Below, piece after piece: positions 24,125 through 38,652 of a stretch of DNA of 64,000 bases. The first letter of the stretch is position 1; each line of letters starts with the position of its first letter. Made by a program: the position numbers and the translations under genes. Source of the DNA: Octopus sinensis (lineage: Eukaryota); the NCBI RefSeq assembly GCF_006345805.1, contig NW_021833122.1, positions 15,323 through 79,322 of the forward strand. Reading direction: 5' to 3'. The notes under the pieces are model-generated. The model worked only from the letters and a program-made list of their open reading frames with translations, had not been told where the DNA came from and ran no database searches.

Positions 24125-25790
24125 TTGCTCTTTATGTAGAGTGGTTCGTCTTTTGAAGGTCATACTCGGCTGTCCGTCCAATATAGTTGTGTCCACAACC
24201 CGAGTAGGTTATTACGTAAATTAGGTTCTCAGATGTACAAGTGAAACTAGTTTTAATTGTGAATCTCTGTCCTTGTTTGAAAATGAAATCCAAACCTTCA
24301 TCTACGTTGGGGCAGGTTCCACAGTTTTTGGGTCCACATCTTTTAACCGTTGGTTTCGTGGTGGTTTTGTAAAGCTTCGTATTTGTTAGTAGTCTCTGTA
24401 GCGATGCGATTTGTGTTGCTTTTTGCATTTGATGAATTTCAGGGTGTCGTTGATTTTTTAATCTCTGTTTAGTAAAGGAAGATTTTGCACAATAGTGCTG
24501 AATGCCTCACAATCTCTGAGGTTGTGTGTTGATATAAATAGTAATGTTTTGAGATGTGGTGTGATGTGATGTTTTGTTGTTCTTAGTGTTTTATGTCTAA
24601 GTTTTTGGCACATTCAATTCCATCATCTATAAGTGAGGGTGGATATTGTCTTTCAGTATGCGTTGTTTTGAGATCTTGAAGACGAAGATCCCGAGTTGTT
24701 CTATCAGACACTATTGTGCAAATCTTTTTTGCCAAATTTAAAGGGATATTTATTTTGATGTGTTTCGGGTGGCAAGAGCTAAAGAGGAGTTATTGTTTTG
24801 AGTCAGTTGGTTTATAATAAATGTCAGTTATGATTTGATTGTTGACTTTTATTATCATGATATCTAAAAATGCTTGTATTCATTTAGTGTTGATTTCAAA
24901 TCCAAAAGTTTGTCGATGTTCTCCTTCCAAATGATAAAACAGTCATCCAGGTATCTTTTCCAATTTTCTATAAGTAAAATTAAAATGGCTAACGATATTT
25001 CTGATACTTCATATACGGTGAATTCAAAATAACTAATTATTGGATTCGCAAGAACAGGGATGCTTTCGTTCCCATTACAGTTCCGCAAATTTGACGATAG
25101 TCTATGTTATCAAATAGGAAATAATTATTCTGAAGTATAAATTTTAGAGATTCAATAATAAAGATCTGATTTATGCGTTCCGGGAGAATTTCGGGGCATG
25201 TTTCCAACCTGAATTTAGTTGCTTTTATGCCATAGTCATGTGGGATGGTGTGAAGATTGATAACATCGTGTGTAAACAATATTGCCTCTTCATTAATTGG
25301 GTCTTCATTAATTGTTTTTTTTTTTTGCAGACACAACTATATTGTGCAGACGAGTATGACCATGAGGAGGAGAACTACTCTACATAAACAGCAAATCTGT
25401 TTCCCGCAATACAGGCAAATTCCTCTCACTGAACATATAGAAAAATGTGCAGATAATATCAAACCAAATTTCACAGCCTCCCCCTTCGACCAGTGCAAAG
25501 ACACAATCTCTCCACAAGAACATTCAAATAAAGAAACTTTTTTCATTGAGAAATACGGAACACGTCCTAATATGCACGCATAACCAACTTTTATCTTATT
25601 GCATATTTTGATTCACGATTACATCACTGTACATAAATCCCCTCACTAAACAACCCTATTTTTTGTGTGTACATATATATTCCACTCCCCTTACGGAAAG
25701 CTGAACAGCTATCTCCCTTGCCTACAACAACAACAACAATAATAACAATATCCAATTATCTCCCCTTATTTTTCTACTTGTGAAGTCATT
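24125..25790 (-). mobile_element. Right-arm copy of the Penelope-like element (body on minus, inverted 3' end 25,328-25,790 on plus)
   Basis: NWKRYLDDCFIIW; NLIYVITYSGCGHNYIGRT; ORF 25,257-25,583 carries the GIY-YIG C-terminus. Confidence 0.88.
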
Positions 25791-26049
25791 CACTCGTAAA
25801 TATCATCACACATAAAATGGACAAAACTTTTTTCTTAAGAAAATACATATTCAAATAAGTAAACCATAAAATCATGAATAGCAAAAGCGAAACCGGTCGA
25901 TATATTTAAAATTATGTTAAAACTACATAAAGTGTGTGTATTTTCCTTTTTTAATCTCTTATATATATTACAACTCACCACGTGGGGATAATCGAAATTC
26001 CTCCTTTTCTGGTACTACTTTACACACACACACACACACACTCATATAT

Positions 26050-26105
<56 letters not shown>

Positions 26106-27247
26106 TTTCATGATAGATCGCTAGCCACTTAACCTTTTTCTATTTTCTCTCCCTGCTTATTTCTGTGCTCCTTTCTGTGTATGATACGATTCGCCATCAG
26201 ACAGGATGTTCACTTCTTCTGATGAGCAGGCTGCCTTTATAGGAAAGTAAATGGTACCTGGTCATCAGAAGGAAGCTTCTGAATGTTTTCAGTTCTTGGA
26301 AACAATATATTGCCAAACATTTATTTACACACTGTATATGCATTTGACCAATTCGTTACAACCTGTTGGATAATTGTTAATGCGTTTTCATGATTATTTC
26401 ATTTTCTAACATGTTTAAATTTTGTAGTTAGATCAATATGTATCGAATCAAAATAAATATATTATTAACAACTTAACCGATAGAAGCCAAATCTGGCATT
26501 CAAAATGTGACGTTGGCGAGAGACATACGCATAGTTCAGTATTAAAATAAATACTGTAAAGTGGTTTGAACCATAATTAAAATGCGAATATATCCAGTGT
26601 TATATATCCAAAGCAACAGAAAGCTGTTATACATTAAACTGTCAATATATTGCGATTTTAAAATAACCCTCTTTCGTTCACCAACCGTATCAAATTGATT
26701 GTGATGATCAATGGGTAGAAGTAGAGATTTATTAAAATTGTACTGAAGCAAATAGTAAAGTTCATCATTTACTTATCATCTAAATTGCAAAGCACTCTGA
26801 GAAGAGAGAAGAAAGCAACTTCATAATACCTCTTAGTTTAGAACGCATTTAAGAAAAGAGAAATATTTTGACGGCAACTTCTAAGGTAAGTTAATGTTGT
26901 TCACCTATCTTTACGTCTGTGGAAAATATTTCACGATATTATTTTATGACCATATCATCTTTATCGAAACCAGTGCAAACAGATAAGCTGGTTTCACCAG
27001 TCAGTAGAACTAACTTTACTTTTATTCTGAACCTAATATTGTTTCTTACTGTTAAAAAAAATGTGCTTCTGTGATACACGATCCCTTTTGATCGCTTTCA
27101 CCGATCCCTTTTGATCGAAATTTTACATTTGTTTCCTTTTTTGTTCCTTTTTTTCATTTTCCCTCTTCGAAAAGAAAAGCTCTACATATGTACTTGTCCC
27201 CTTTGTATTCAGCCCTGCGTGGCCGATAAAGAAAGTTATCCCTCTCT

Positions 27248-27298
<51 letters not shown>

Positions 27299-27323
27299 CA
27301 TCCGTCCATCCACCCATCCAACC

Positions 27324-27369
<46 letters not shown>

Positions 27370-28210
27370 TTATCTTCCTATCTAGCCTCGAGTTCATGTG
27401 TGTTTTAGCCACCCACATGCTCCCTAGGAAGTTTGGAATCTGAATCTCAGTAGCATTTCTAAACCCGGCGCTATTTTACTCCCATCAACTTGGTTGGTTG
27501 TTTGAGGGCTACACTCCTTGCATGTTTTTCTTTTTTATTCCACACATCGTCCGGCCCGTTGTAACTCATCATCCAGAAGGAAACCTTTCCGATTTGTTGC
27601 AGCGAGCGCAAAACGAATCCCCTTTCCATTATCTCTTTTGGATGTAGTCACTCTAGCCTCTATGGTAGAGCCCATGGTAGTGGCTTCGACGGAGGCGGCA
27701 CTGGTGTTCACGCTAGTTACAACATTTTCTATTTTAATTACTCACTTTCATTTACATTGTTTAGATATATTTAGTTTTTTATGGTCTTGTTGTTGCTGTT
27801 GTTGTTGTTCACTTGATGCCTTGTTCACCAGTCAGTGCTTGGTTTTGCTGAGGTGGCGGTGACGTCGTTTACTATTGTCAGCGGTAGGCTAGTGTTGTCT
27901 TTCTTTTCATGTTACTTCTTTCATTGCCATCTTTCAAAATATTTGCTTTCACCGAAAGTTGAAAGAAGTTTAAAGATATTGAAATGCACCTCTTGAAAAG
28001 CAGATTGTGTTGCTAAACGGAAATCCTAGCAGCGCAGTGCAGAAAATGTTTAAAAAAAGTTGACGAAGAGATTGAACTCTTTTACTGCTAATGGGGCTTC
28101 AATCTACAGAATAATAATAATAATACTGATATAATAATAATAATAATAATATAATAATAATAATAAATAATAATAATAATAATAATAATAAATAATAATA
28201 ATAATAATAA

Positions 28211-30930
28211 TACTCCGCAAATATAACATCACAGAGAATGATTTGCCTGAAATAAAAGAAAAGCTGAAGCAAGATATCCTTGCCAAAGCACAAAGGATCC
28301 GCCGGTACAAGAAACGACAACGCTTCTTTGAAGAAAACAAAAAGATCAACTCTAACCCCAAAAAGTTCTACCAAGAACTGGAAAAAAATAAAATAGAAGT
28401 CACTGCAGCACCAACGGCAGAAGGATTGGAAGAATTCTGGGGAGAAATATGGTCGGCGAACGAACCACCAAAAAAAAGGAGTATCAGAATAACAAACTCG
28501 GCATCTGAACAACTTTGGACCCCCATAACAACTGAAGAGGTCACCCAGGCACTGCAAAGACTAAGCAACTGGAAGGCACCTGGGCATGACAAGATCCCCA
28601 ACTTCTGGTTGAAATATCTAACAGGAATGCACAAAAAGCTGGCTGAAAACTTTAACAACGTACTAGCAGAGCCAGAGACAATGTCTGAATGGCTCACGAA
28701 GGGGAAAACCATCTTAATTCCCAAATCAAATGAAACAGAAAAACCAGAAAACTACAGACCAATAACCTGCCTCCCTACTATGTTCAAGGCATTTACTGCA
28801 GTGATATCACAAAGGCTGAACAAGCACCTGGACGAAAACAAACTGTTCCCAGAAGAGCAGAAAGGATGCCGCAAAGGCTCATATGACTGTAAAGATCAAC
28901 TAATGATTAATAAAGCCATAACTGAAGACAGCCACAGAAAGAAGAAAAGCCTCAGTATGGCCTGGATTGACTACAAAAAGGCGTTTGATAGCATCCCCCA
29001 CACATGGATCCTCGAAACACTAGCCATTAACAAAGTAGCACCAACAATCATAAAATTCATAGAGCACTCTATGAATAAATGGCAAACAGTCCTACACCTC
29101 CAAACAAAAGAGGGACTCATGAAAACCAAATACATCCCCATTAGAAGAGGAATATTCCAGGGAGACACGCTCTCTCCACTCCTTTTCTGCTTGGCACTGT
29201 CACCTCTATCTGATATGCTAAATAGAACTGGATGCGGATATAAATGTTACGGCAAAACGATCAGCCACCTTCTATATATGGATGACCTAAAACTATACGC
29301 TGCAAATGACAAACAGCTGGAAACACTATTAAAGACAGTTCATGGATTTACCAAGAAATAGATATGAAATTTGGATTAGAAAAATGCGCCAAAGTAACCC
29401 TGAAAAGAGGAAAACTAGTTAAGAGTAACAACATCACACTAGATAAAACCAATGAAATAAAAGAATTAGACCAAAGCCAAACTTACAAATACTTAGGAAT
29501 CCATGAACTAGATAAGACACAACACACACAAATGAAAGAGAAAATAAAAAAGGAATATTATAGACGAGTTAGATCAATACTAAACACAGAGTTCAATGCT
29601 AAAAACAAGATAATAGGTATCAACACTTAGCTGTCCCAGTTATAAGTTACAGCTACAATATCCTTAACTGGACACGAAATGAACTGACCAAAATAGATAG
29701 GAAAACAAGAAAAATAATGACAGGATCTAGGATGCATCACCCAAAATCTGACATAGAAAGACTATATATACAACGTATAGAAGGTGGTAGAGGCCTTATA
29801 CAACTGGAAAACTACTATAAAATAACCACCATAGGACTGCAAAAATATCTACTTCAGAAGGAAGGAAACCTGATCCAGATAGCGGCAAAACAAGAGCAAA
29901 ACAAAAAACTGTTCTCAGTATTTAAGGAAGCTGACAAATACAAACAAGAAATCATACCACCTAATAAATATGAAGAAGAAGAAGATGAAGAAACAACAAA
30001 AGCTATAAAACAAATGAAATGCAAACTAAAAATAGAACAGCAACGAACCATGATAAAACGATGGCAAGAAAAGCCCCTTCATGGTAAATACTGGACTAAA
30101 CTAAACGCAAAAGAAATAGACAAAGAAAAATCCCAGCAATGGTTGAGAAGCTCAGGACTCAAAGCAGAAACAGAGGGATTTTTAATTGCAGCACAAGACC
30201 AAAGCCTCCCCACCAGAAATTACCAAAAACATGTAATGAAGAGAAATATTACAAGTAACTGCAGAATATGTGGAGATGGACAAGAAACAATAAATCATAT
30301 TATCTCTAGCTGCCCAGTCTTGGCTAAGAAGGAATATATTCACAGACATGACAGAGTTGGAACCTACATACATTGGAAGCTATGCCAACATTATGGAATA
30401 ACAACAGAAAAAAGATGGTATAGGCACACACCAGAAAAGGTCACAGAAAACGAGAAAGCAACCATACTCTGGGATATGCCGATACACACAGATAGAGAAA
30501 TTAAGGCCAACAGACCAGATATAGTTGTCAGAGATCATGAAGAAAAAAAATGCTTTCTAATTGATGTATCAATACCGGCTGATGACAACGTGTCTCTAAA
30601 AGAAATGGAGAAACTCTCAAAATACAAAGACCTGGAAATAGAGGTAACTAGAATGTGGAATCTGAAAACAGAAACAATTCCTATCATAGTAGGTGCATTA
30701 GGCATGATAAAAAAATATTCAGACAAATACATAACAAAAACACCAGGACTTACAAACACATATAACATACAGAAAATTGCACTACTAGGCACTGCACACA
30801 TCCTACGCAGAACACTTTCCATACAATAACCATCAGAGCATCACAACAAATCACAGCACATACCCAAGGCACACAGAGCTGCGCTCGGTAGTGAAGTGAA
30901 AGCACGCTATAAAAATAAAACTACTGAACG
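28211..30930 (+). mobile_element. Young 5'-truncated R4/Dong-clade non-LTR retrotransposon (RT + CCHC knuckle + restriction-like endonuclease) inserted in (TAA)n
   Basis: RT motifs WKAPGHDKIPNFWLK, NYRPITCL, AWIDYKKAFDS, GIFQGDTLSPLLF, YMDDLKLY; CRICGDGQETINHIISSC; NRPDIVV...LIDVSIP...KYKDL. Two apparent 1-nt frameshifts (~29,355 and ~29,628). ~100-bp 3' UTR and TAA arrays on both sides. Confidence 0.95.
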
Positions 30931-30991
<61 letters not shown>

Positions 30992-31005
30992 TAATAATAA
31001 TAATA

Positions 31006-31470
31006 AGCTATAGCTACAATATCCTTAACTGGGCACTAAATGAACTAACCTAAATAGACAGGAATACCAGAAAAATAATACCAGGCTCTAGGATGCACCA
31101 CCCACAATCTGACAGAGAAAGGTTATATATACAACGTATAGAAGGTGGTAGAGGCCTTATACAGCTAGAAAACTATTACAAATAACCACCATTGGACGGC
31201 AAAAATACCTACTTCAGAAGCAAGGAAATCTAATGCAAATAGCCACAGGAAACGAACAAAAAAAAACTGTTTACATATTTAAGGAAGCTGACAAATAAGT
31301 CATACTACCTAACAAATATGTGGAAGAAGAAACAACAAAAGTGGTAAAACACATGAAATGCAAACTAAAACTAGAAGAACAACGGACCATGATAAATCAA
31401 TGGCAAAAAGCCCCTTTCATGGCAAATACTGGATTAAACTAAATGTAAAAGAAATAGACAAAGCAAAATC
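31006..31470 (+). mobile_element. Old R4/Dong fragment, right-arm copy; cut at its 3' side by the Helitron remnant
   Basis: Homologous to 29,645-30,130 and to 11,980-12,312. Confidence 0.85.
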
Positions 31471-31474
31471 AAGT

Positions 31475-33540
31475 ACGTTTATACGTATGTCAACAAAGGT
31501 TGCGACACACCAATATTTGGCCTTCAACAAGAACGCTGCTGGGTTAAGGGGACTTACTATCAGGTGTGACGGTACATAAGTAGGAACGAAGTTATCTTTG
31601 GCTTTCCACTTCACAAGCGACATCCCACCTTCCATCAGTTCACCTGGAAAAGGGTCACTGGGTGTACATCACCGACGTTAATGCTTCTCTGTTGGCAGAA
31701 GAACCAAGGGACACAACACTCACCGCATTATTTAAGGTTTGTCAAGATGACTCATTCGTTCAAACCTTGCTGTATGAACAGATTCCATCCTATTATACCT
31801 GGAATTGAAAAAATGCCTCCGAAAAAAGCAGATCAAGATGTTCATTGTTACCCCGGCATTAAGTTTGATAATTGCCTTGGGCGATTTACACAGTACATCC
31901 CAGTCAACACGAGTGTCTCTAACGTCGTCTACTACTAGAAGAGGTCAGAGGGCCAACGACTTTCCTGGCCCTCATTCAGTTGATGGTTATGTCTGCGCAA
32001 CGTACAGAGACGCCTGAATGCGACAAGGTCTATTAAAAGACCGTGTACAGTAGAATGCAACTTTAGGAGACTCTGCTGAATCGAAACCACCTAAAAGTCT
32101 CAGGGCACTATATGCTGTATTGCTATAGACATACAAACTGTGCGAGTTTTCCTCGTTATTGCTCAAGTAGAGAAATGACCTCGGTGAAGACATTAAGCCT
32201 CAAGTTTCACTGCTCTATGCTGATATAGAGGGCATCAACGATGAAGTCTACAAGAGAGATCTGATTGACGTCGAAGACAGAATTAATACTCCGGGTGGAA
32301 ATGAATTACCCACATATGACCTGCCAGGAGCACCGAGGGACAAGAAAAACATTTGTTACAACGCTCTACCTTGCAGGATTCAGGGAGCACCAAGATATTG
32401 CGGCAGTTCATGGATTGCAGATATTTTTGTTGCCCGGAGGCAGAACAATACACTCGACATTTAAGCTACCTCTCAATTTAGAAGCATCTGAGATGCCTTC
32501 ATGCAACATGAGCAAAAGCTCAGACCAGGAACCGGTCCTTAGAATGTGTGACCTCATCGTCTGTGCGAGTGCACCGTGGCTCACAAGGGATCTCTAGAAA
32601 CATTAGATATATCAGTCTCCAGTGGGAGTTGTAATGCTTCTGTTCTCGGTTGATTTCAAGCAGATCCTTCTTGTCATTCCCAAAGGCACTAGAACAGATA
32701 AGATCCAAGCGAGTGTGAAGTTCTGGCCTCTGTGTCATCTTGTTACGATCCTGACTCTGACCACTAACGTGCGAGCTCAACTTCATACTGACCAAATGTC
32801 CGCAACATTTGAACAGGATATTTTGACACTTGGCGATGGCAAGGTGCCCCTAGACGCCGCATGATGATGACCTCAAAGACAAAGTATTTCATAACCTTAC
32901 AGAAAATTACCAAAACCACAATTGGTCACAGAGCAATATTGTCTCCAAAAAACGTCGCTGTTAATAAACATAACGAACAGCTGATGATTATCTTCACACT
33001 TATAAATCACTTGGTCCAATTCCAGAATTTATTCACCAATATTTATCCACCAAACTTTATCAATTCTTTGGAGACTGACGGACTACTTCCACACTTATTA
33101 CCATTTAAAGTTGGAACTCCTGTATGCTGCACCGAAATCTAGAACCGCCACGACCTTTCAATGGGACAAGACTGGTAGTAAAGAAAATGTTGCCACAGTT
33201 TATCGAGGCAATAATTTATGGATGTAGAAAATGTGATGACGTTTTCATTGCAAGAATTCCATTTATCCCATCAGGAGAAGAAATTTCCCATTTCATTCAG
33301 AAAACTGCAGATCCGTCTTCGTTTCAATTTTCCGATGTCAACTAATAAATCCCAGGATCAGGCCGTCTGTGACTGGCATATTCTTCGACGAGTCCTTTTT
33401 TCCGAACAACTGTATGTTGGCTGCACAATAGTGGGAGACAAAACAAACAACTTTACATACGCTCAAGAAAAACAAGGAACATTGTTTACAATGAGGTTTT
33501 ATAATCACAACAGCATGAACGAAGACACGTGATCACATTT
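31475..33540 (+). mobile_element. Helitron Rep/helicase remnant (right-arm copy)
   Basis: Near-identical reverse complement of 9,910-11,975. Confidence 0.88.
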
Positions 33541-33618
33541 TCTTTACCAAACCTTATGTGCTTTTATGTATGTATGCCTGTATCTGTCTATCTATCTATC
33601 TAATCTATCTATCTATCT

Positions 33619-33656
<38 letters not shown>

Positions 33657-33787
33657 GAATAATTATTGAATAATTATTGCGGCATTTACTGTTAAATTAG
33701 CAGTTCGTACATGTGCTTTTATTTCGTTAATCGATTAACACATTATAACATTTAATAGAGGTAATCTTGCTATAGAAAAATATCGTT

Positions 33788-34810
33788 CAGAGGGTGCAAG
33801 GTCAGGTGAGTATTGGGATGGGGGGAGGAGTTCATAGCCGCACGCCTGTGCTTCTGATCTGGCGACACGCAACTTGTGGACCGGAGCGTTGTCCTGCAGG
33901 AGGAGGATGCCTTTGCTGATCTTGCCCCACCTCTAGATTTTGATAGCTTCTCTTAATTTTCTCAAAAGTGAAGCATAATAGGCTCCTGTAATTGTGGTAC
34001 CCTTTGCCAGGAAATCTGTCATCACTACTCCGTCCTGGTCCCAGAAGACTGTCAGCATGACCTTGCCAGCGGAGGGCTGCACCTTTGCCTTCTTTGGAGG
34101 AGGTGAGTCACGGTGTTCCCACTGCATTGACTCGGCTTTGGTCTCTGGATCATAGTGATTGACCCAGGTTTCATCCTGTGTAATCAGTCTTTTGAAAAAT
34201 TTTGACTCATCTTGGCACATCTCCAAATTCATCCTCGAGCACTCGATGCGTTCTTGCTTCTGGAAAGGTGTGAGCAGCCTGGGAATCCATCTGGCAGACA
34301 CCTTTTGCATATGCAAATGGTCATGAATGATAGTTTCCACTGACCTGGTACTAATCTTGACCTCATGGGCTATTTAGCAAATAGTTATGCGTCGATCTTC
34401 CAAAATGGCAGCCTCAACTTGACGGACAGATGCCTCATCAATGGCAGAAAGGGGGCGACCAGATTTGGGAGCTGTTTCCACAGAGTTCCGACCATGTTTG
34501 AATTCACGATTCCAGCGTTTTACAAGGTCATATGATGGGGCACCATCACCATAAGTTACTTTCATTTCATCAAAAGTCTCCCGTGGTGTGCGTCCTTTCA
34601 AATACAAAAACCGGATCACTGCTCGACACTCAACAGGCTCCATTTCACACTTGCCTCAGTTCAAACACCTGTAAATCATAAACCAGAATTAGTTCAGAGC
34701 TGTAGTTTTTCATTTAATCTATAGAGATATAAATAATTGCATTTGCAAAATTTCAGCTAGATCAAACAATTGCAAGTGGGTCAGGGGCATTACTTATTGA
34801 ACGCCCCTCG
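33788..34810 (-). mobile_element. mariner transposon, 3'-truncated (right-arm copy)
   Basis: ORF translations are identical to 8,807-9,517. Confidence 0.92.
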
Positions 34811-34813
34811 TAT

Positions 34814-34849
<36 letters not shown>

Positions 34850-35807
34850 AATGAATAATTATGGAATAATTATTGTGGCATTTACTGTTAAATCAGCAGT
34901 TCGTACATGTGCTTCTATTTCTTTAATCGATTAACACAATATAACATTTTATAGAGGTAATCTTTCTATAGAAAAATATAGTTTACGAGATATTATACGA
35001 ACATGAAAACGACGACGACAACGTGACATTTTCTATATGAGTGTGTATATGTGTGATATGTGTGAGTGTGAATGTGTACGAGTCTCAGAGTGTGTGCATT
35101 TCCGTGTTCGGCGTCAATGTCATACTTCGTATATGAGTGTCTATGTGTGTATGAGCGCATCATTATGTATATCCCTGTGACTGTGTGTGTTTTCACGTTA
35201 GATATAACTTTAAAGATGGACACACATATCCACACATACATATGTGTATGTGTCTATGACATGCGGGAATATATGTCTGTATGTGTCTCTCTTACTATAT
35301 GAATATCATGGTCCCAATACGTTTTTAATTTCTCACCTAATGCGGGCCCGGAGCAATGTCTTGCACTGGTTCTTTATTACGTGTCAAAAAGTGAAATAAT
35401 AACATCTATATTGTGAAATAATATTGTTTCCATTTTTATTCTTCTAATGTGATAACACCATTCACTTTCAATTTTCAATTTTCATGCGATAACATTAAGG
35501 TCCTCTTAGTTTATATATTTGCAGTACAATTGCCAGTTAATAATTATCGTAGCAGTTGCAACGTTCCAAGTCATTTACAGTAACATACGAACCCTTAAAT
35601 TGAGGGTGCTTAATCTTTAGTGGTTCAGCAAAAGACAACGATATAATCAGTACTGGGCTTACAAAGAATAAATACTGTGGTCGATTTATTTGATTAAAGG
35701 TAGTGCTCCAGCATGTCCGCACTCACATGACGGAAACGAGTGAAACAATAAATAAACCACGCCATCCTAGTCTGGAGCAACGCCAGGTATCTCAGCTAAT
35801 ATATATA

Positions 35808-36668
35808 CAAGCGTTGGACAAAATAATAGAAAAACCTAACATCTTAGCATCATAAGTTTGAAATATCTATAAAACTGTGAAGAGCTTGTTGATTTTTATA
35901 TCTTTTGATTTCATATTAGTGTTGCCTAATATGTTTTGCTAAAAGAGTTGTTTCTTTTCAGATATCATCAGAAAAATGAAAGTAAACTTGATTAAAAGCA
36001 TTTAGAATGGAGTAAAAACCTACAGAATTGACCCTAGAGCAGCTGAAAAAGTTATTTTCTCGGATGATTCATCCTTTATCTTATTTCCGACCACCGGCTG
36101 AGTACACGTGTGGAGACAACCAAAATAAACATTTGACCCAGACTGCCTTCTTCCAACTGTTAAACATGGATGAGGATCTGTGATGATCTGGCGTGGGTGC
36201 TATATATTGGACTTCTGCAAGACCAATGGTTTCTCTTTATGGTAGAATTAATAGTCAAGGCAATTTAAGCATTTCATTTGATCAAATTCAATCTATGGTT
36301 GCGGAACTGTTTCTGGAGGGAAACGCAATGTTTCAGGATGACAATGCACCAATTAACACAGCTCAAGTGTTTACTGAAGTTGAACATCTGGCCACCACAG
36401 TCCCCAGATCTCAATATTATTGAACATTTTTGGTGCATTTTAGAAAAACAAGTAAAGAGTCGATATATTCTACCATCAACATTACAAGAACTGGAGACTC
36501 TTTAGCTGAATAATGTACAAAATTTCCTTTGGAAACAATTCAAACTTTGTATGAATTCATACCTAGTAGAATTCAAGTTGGTAATTACTGCGAAAGGCTG
36601 TCCTATACAAATTTAAGATAAATTTTTTCGAAATTTTAAGGTGTTCCCATTACTTTGGGCAAACCCTG
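35808..36668 (+). mobile_element. Tc1 transposon (right-arm copy) with a ~380-bp internal deletion
   Basis: Both TIRs present, with FQDDNAP and WPPQSPDLNIIEHFW. The HTH-coding part (left ~7,024-7,405) is missing. Confidence 0.9.
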
Positions 36669-37965
36669 TGTATGTATGTATGTATGTATGTATGTATGTA
36701 TGTATGTATGTATGTATGTATGTGTGTGTATATTTACACACACACACACACATACACATACATATATATATATATATTGAGTTTGCAACTTCATCATGTG
36801 GAGTATTATTTTTTTAATCCAGATATCATCTGGTTTTATCAAATGTATTGAAAGAAAGTTCTGCAACATATTTGGATAAACCAATAATGTGTAAAGTAAA
36901 TGAAAGAAAATAAAGAAATATATTGGAAACTTAGTTAATTTTATTTGTGTTACGATGAAGAAAGTAATACATAAAATATTTGAAATTAAAAGAAACAGAA
37001 TCAGCAAAAGAAATAATTATAGAAGAATCCTACATATGTTTCAATCCTGCCATTATATTTAGATCATCTCCATTCGAGCGATGATACATGTAAAATAACC
37101 CCATATTATGCCTGGATATCCACAGGGAAGATGTTTACTTTCTGGTAGTGAGCAACGAAATAAGTAATAAATAACATATATTCAAATAACGAAAGAACAA
37201 ATATTCAAATAACGTAAGCAATAATTCATTAGGACGCCGAGGTCCTGTGGAGTGATATTATCAAATGAAATCTTGCTAAAATACTATAATAGATTTGACA
37301 AAATAAGTATTATATAGTAAAATAACTATTAGTTATTTTGCATTTCAATGTACTCTTGTATAAATTTCCTTATTCAGAGAAAAATTGTTGTTTACATACT
37401 TTGGAGAGGAATTTAAATATTTATGCGCAAAAAATTTAATAAGGTTATAGAAAGAAAACAAGAAAACATTTTATGAGGGGCGAAAAATAATGAATTGTAA
37501 CAAAATGGGAGAAAAGTGGAGAAGAAAAACACATGAATTTTTTATGTCGGGTATAAGATACAAAAAGATTAGGATATGAAAGAGGAAAAAGGGAAATGCT
37601 ATGATATATTGTATGCTACGATAATATTTTTGAATGTATTTCGGACAAAAGTTATAATAACTATTATTATTTAGCATTTCGGTGTACTAAGTTATACTTT
37701 CTATTGTTCTAAGAAAAGTAGCATGTATATAAAAAAATTATAGTGCACTGACATGTGAGAGAATTTATATTTTTATACGAAATAAAATGTTTAATATGAG
37801 GTAGATTTTATAATCCGTTAGATTTTTCTAAAGTATAACTTTAATAACTAGCAAACTCCCTTTCATCGTGTAGTCAAACATTTTTTACTCTACGATTTTC
37901 CCATGATATAAAAAATATAATTTGTTTTACTAGTGAATTACATATATATAAGATTTGTGGATAAT

Positions 37966-38009
<44 letters not shown>

Positions 38010-38204
38010 GGAGCTGTGGAAGTTTGTTTATAAGATTTTAGAAAATAAATGATAATAAGTCCTAGTAATATTGGAGATTCTTTTATGCTTATTTCTTTTG
38101 TTGATTCTATGCCTTTTCATTTCAAATATTTTATGTATGACTTTATACATCGAGATACAAATGAATGTAACAAAGTATCCACTATATTACTGCTCCATTT
38201 CCTT

Positions 38205-38592
38205 TTAGTAAAAGCTGACCAGAAGAGAATAAATGCATTCGAGCTTTGGTGTTGGAGAAGACTTTTGCGGATTCCATGGACAGCGAGGCTCACCAATGGA
38301 AAAGTTCTTAAGAAGATAAGGCCGAAAATGTCGCTAGAAGCTAGGATCGCCAAGCATAGATTGGCATATTTTGGTTATATTATGCGGAGAAAATCCCTGG
38401 AGAAGGACATCATGCTCCGAATGGTCAGTGGCAAAAGAGGAAGAGGTCGACCAAGAACTCGCTGGCTTGAACCCATCAAGAGTGATAGCGGAATGGACAT
38501 ATCCAATCTGAAAGAAGCGGCCCATGATAGAACTGACTGGAGAACACTGATCCAACGAGTGACTGAGAGTCGACTTCGACTGAGCGGATACA
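38205..38592 (+). mobile_element. RTE LINE 3' end (right-arm copy)
   Basis: Identical translation to 3,108-3,495. Confidence 0.9.
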
Positions 38593-38652
38593 GAGATACA
38601 CACATGCACACATACACACACATGTATATATTGCTTTATATATTTTTCAGGA

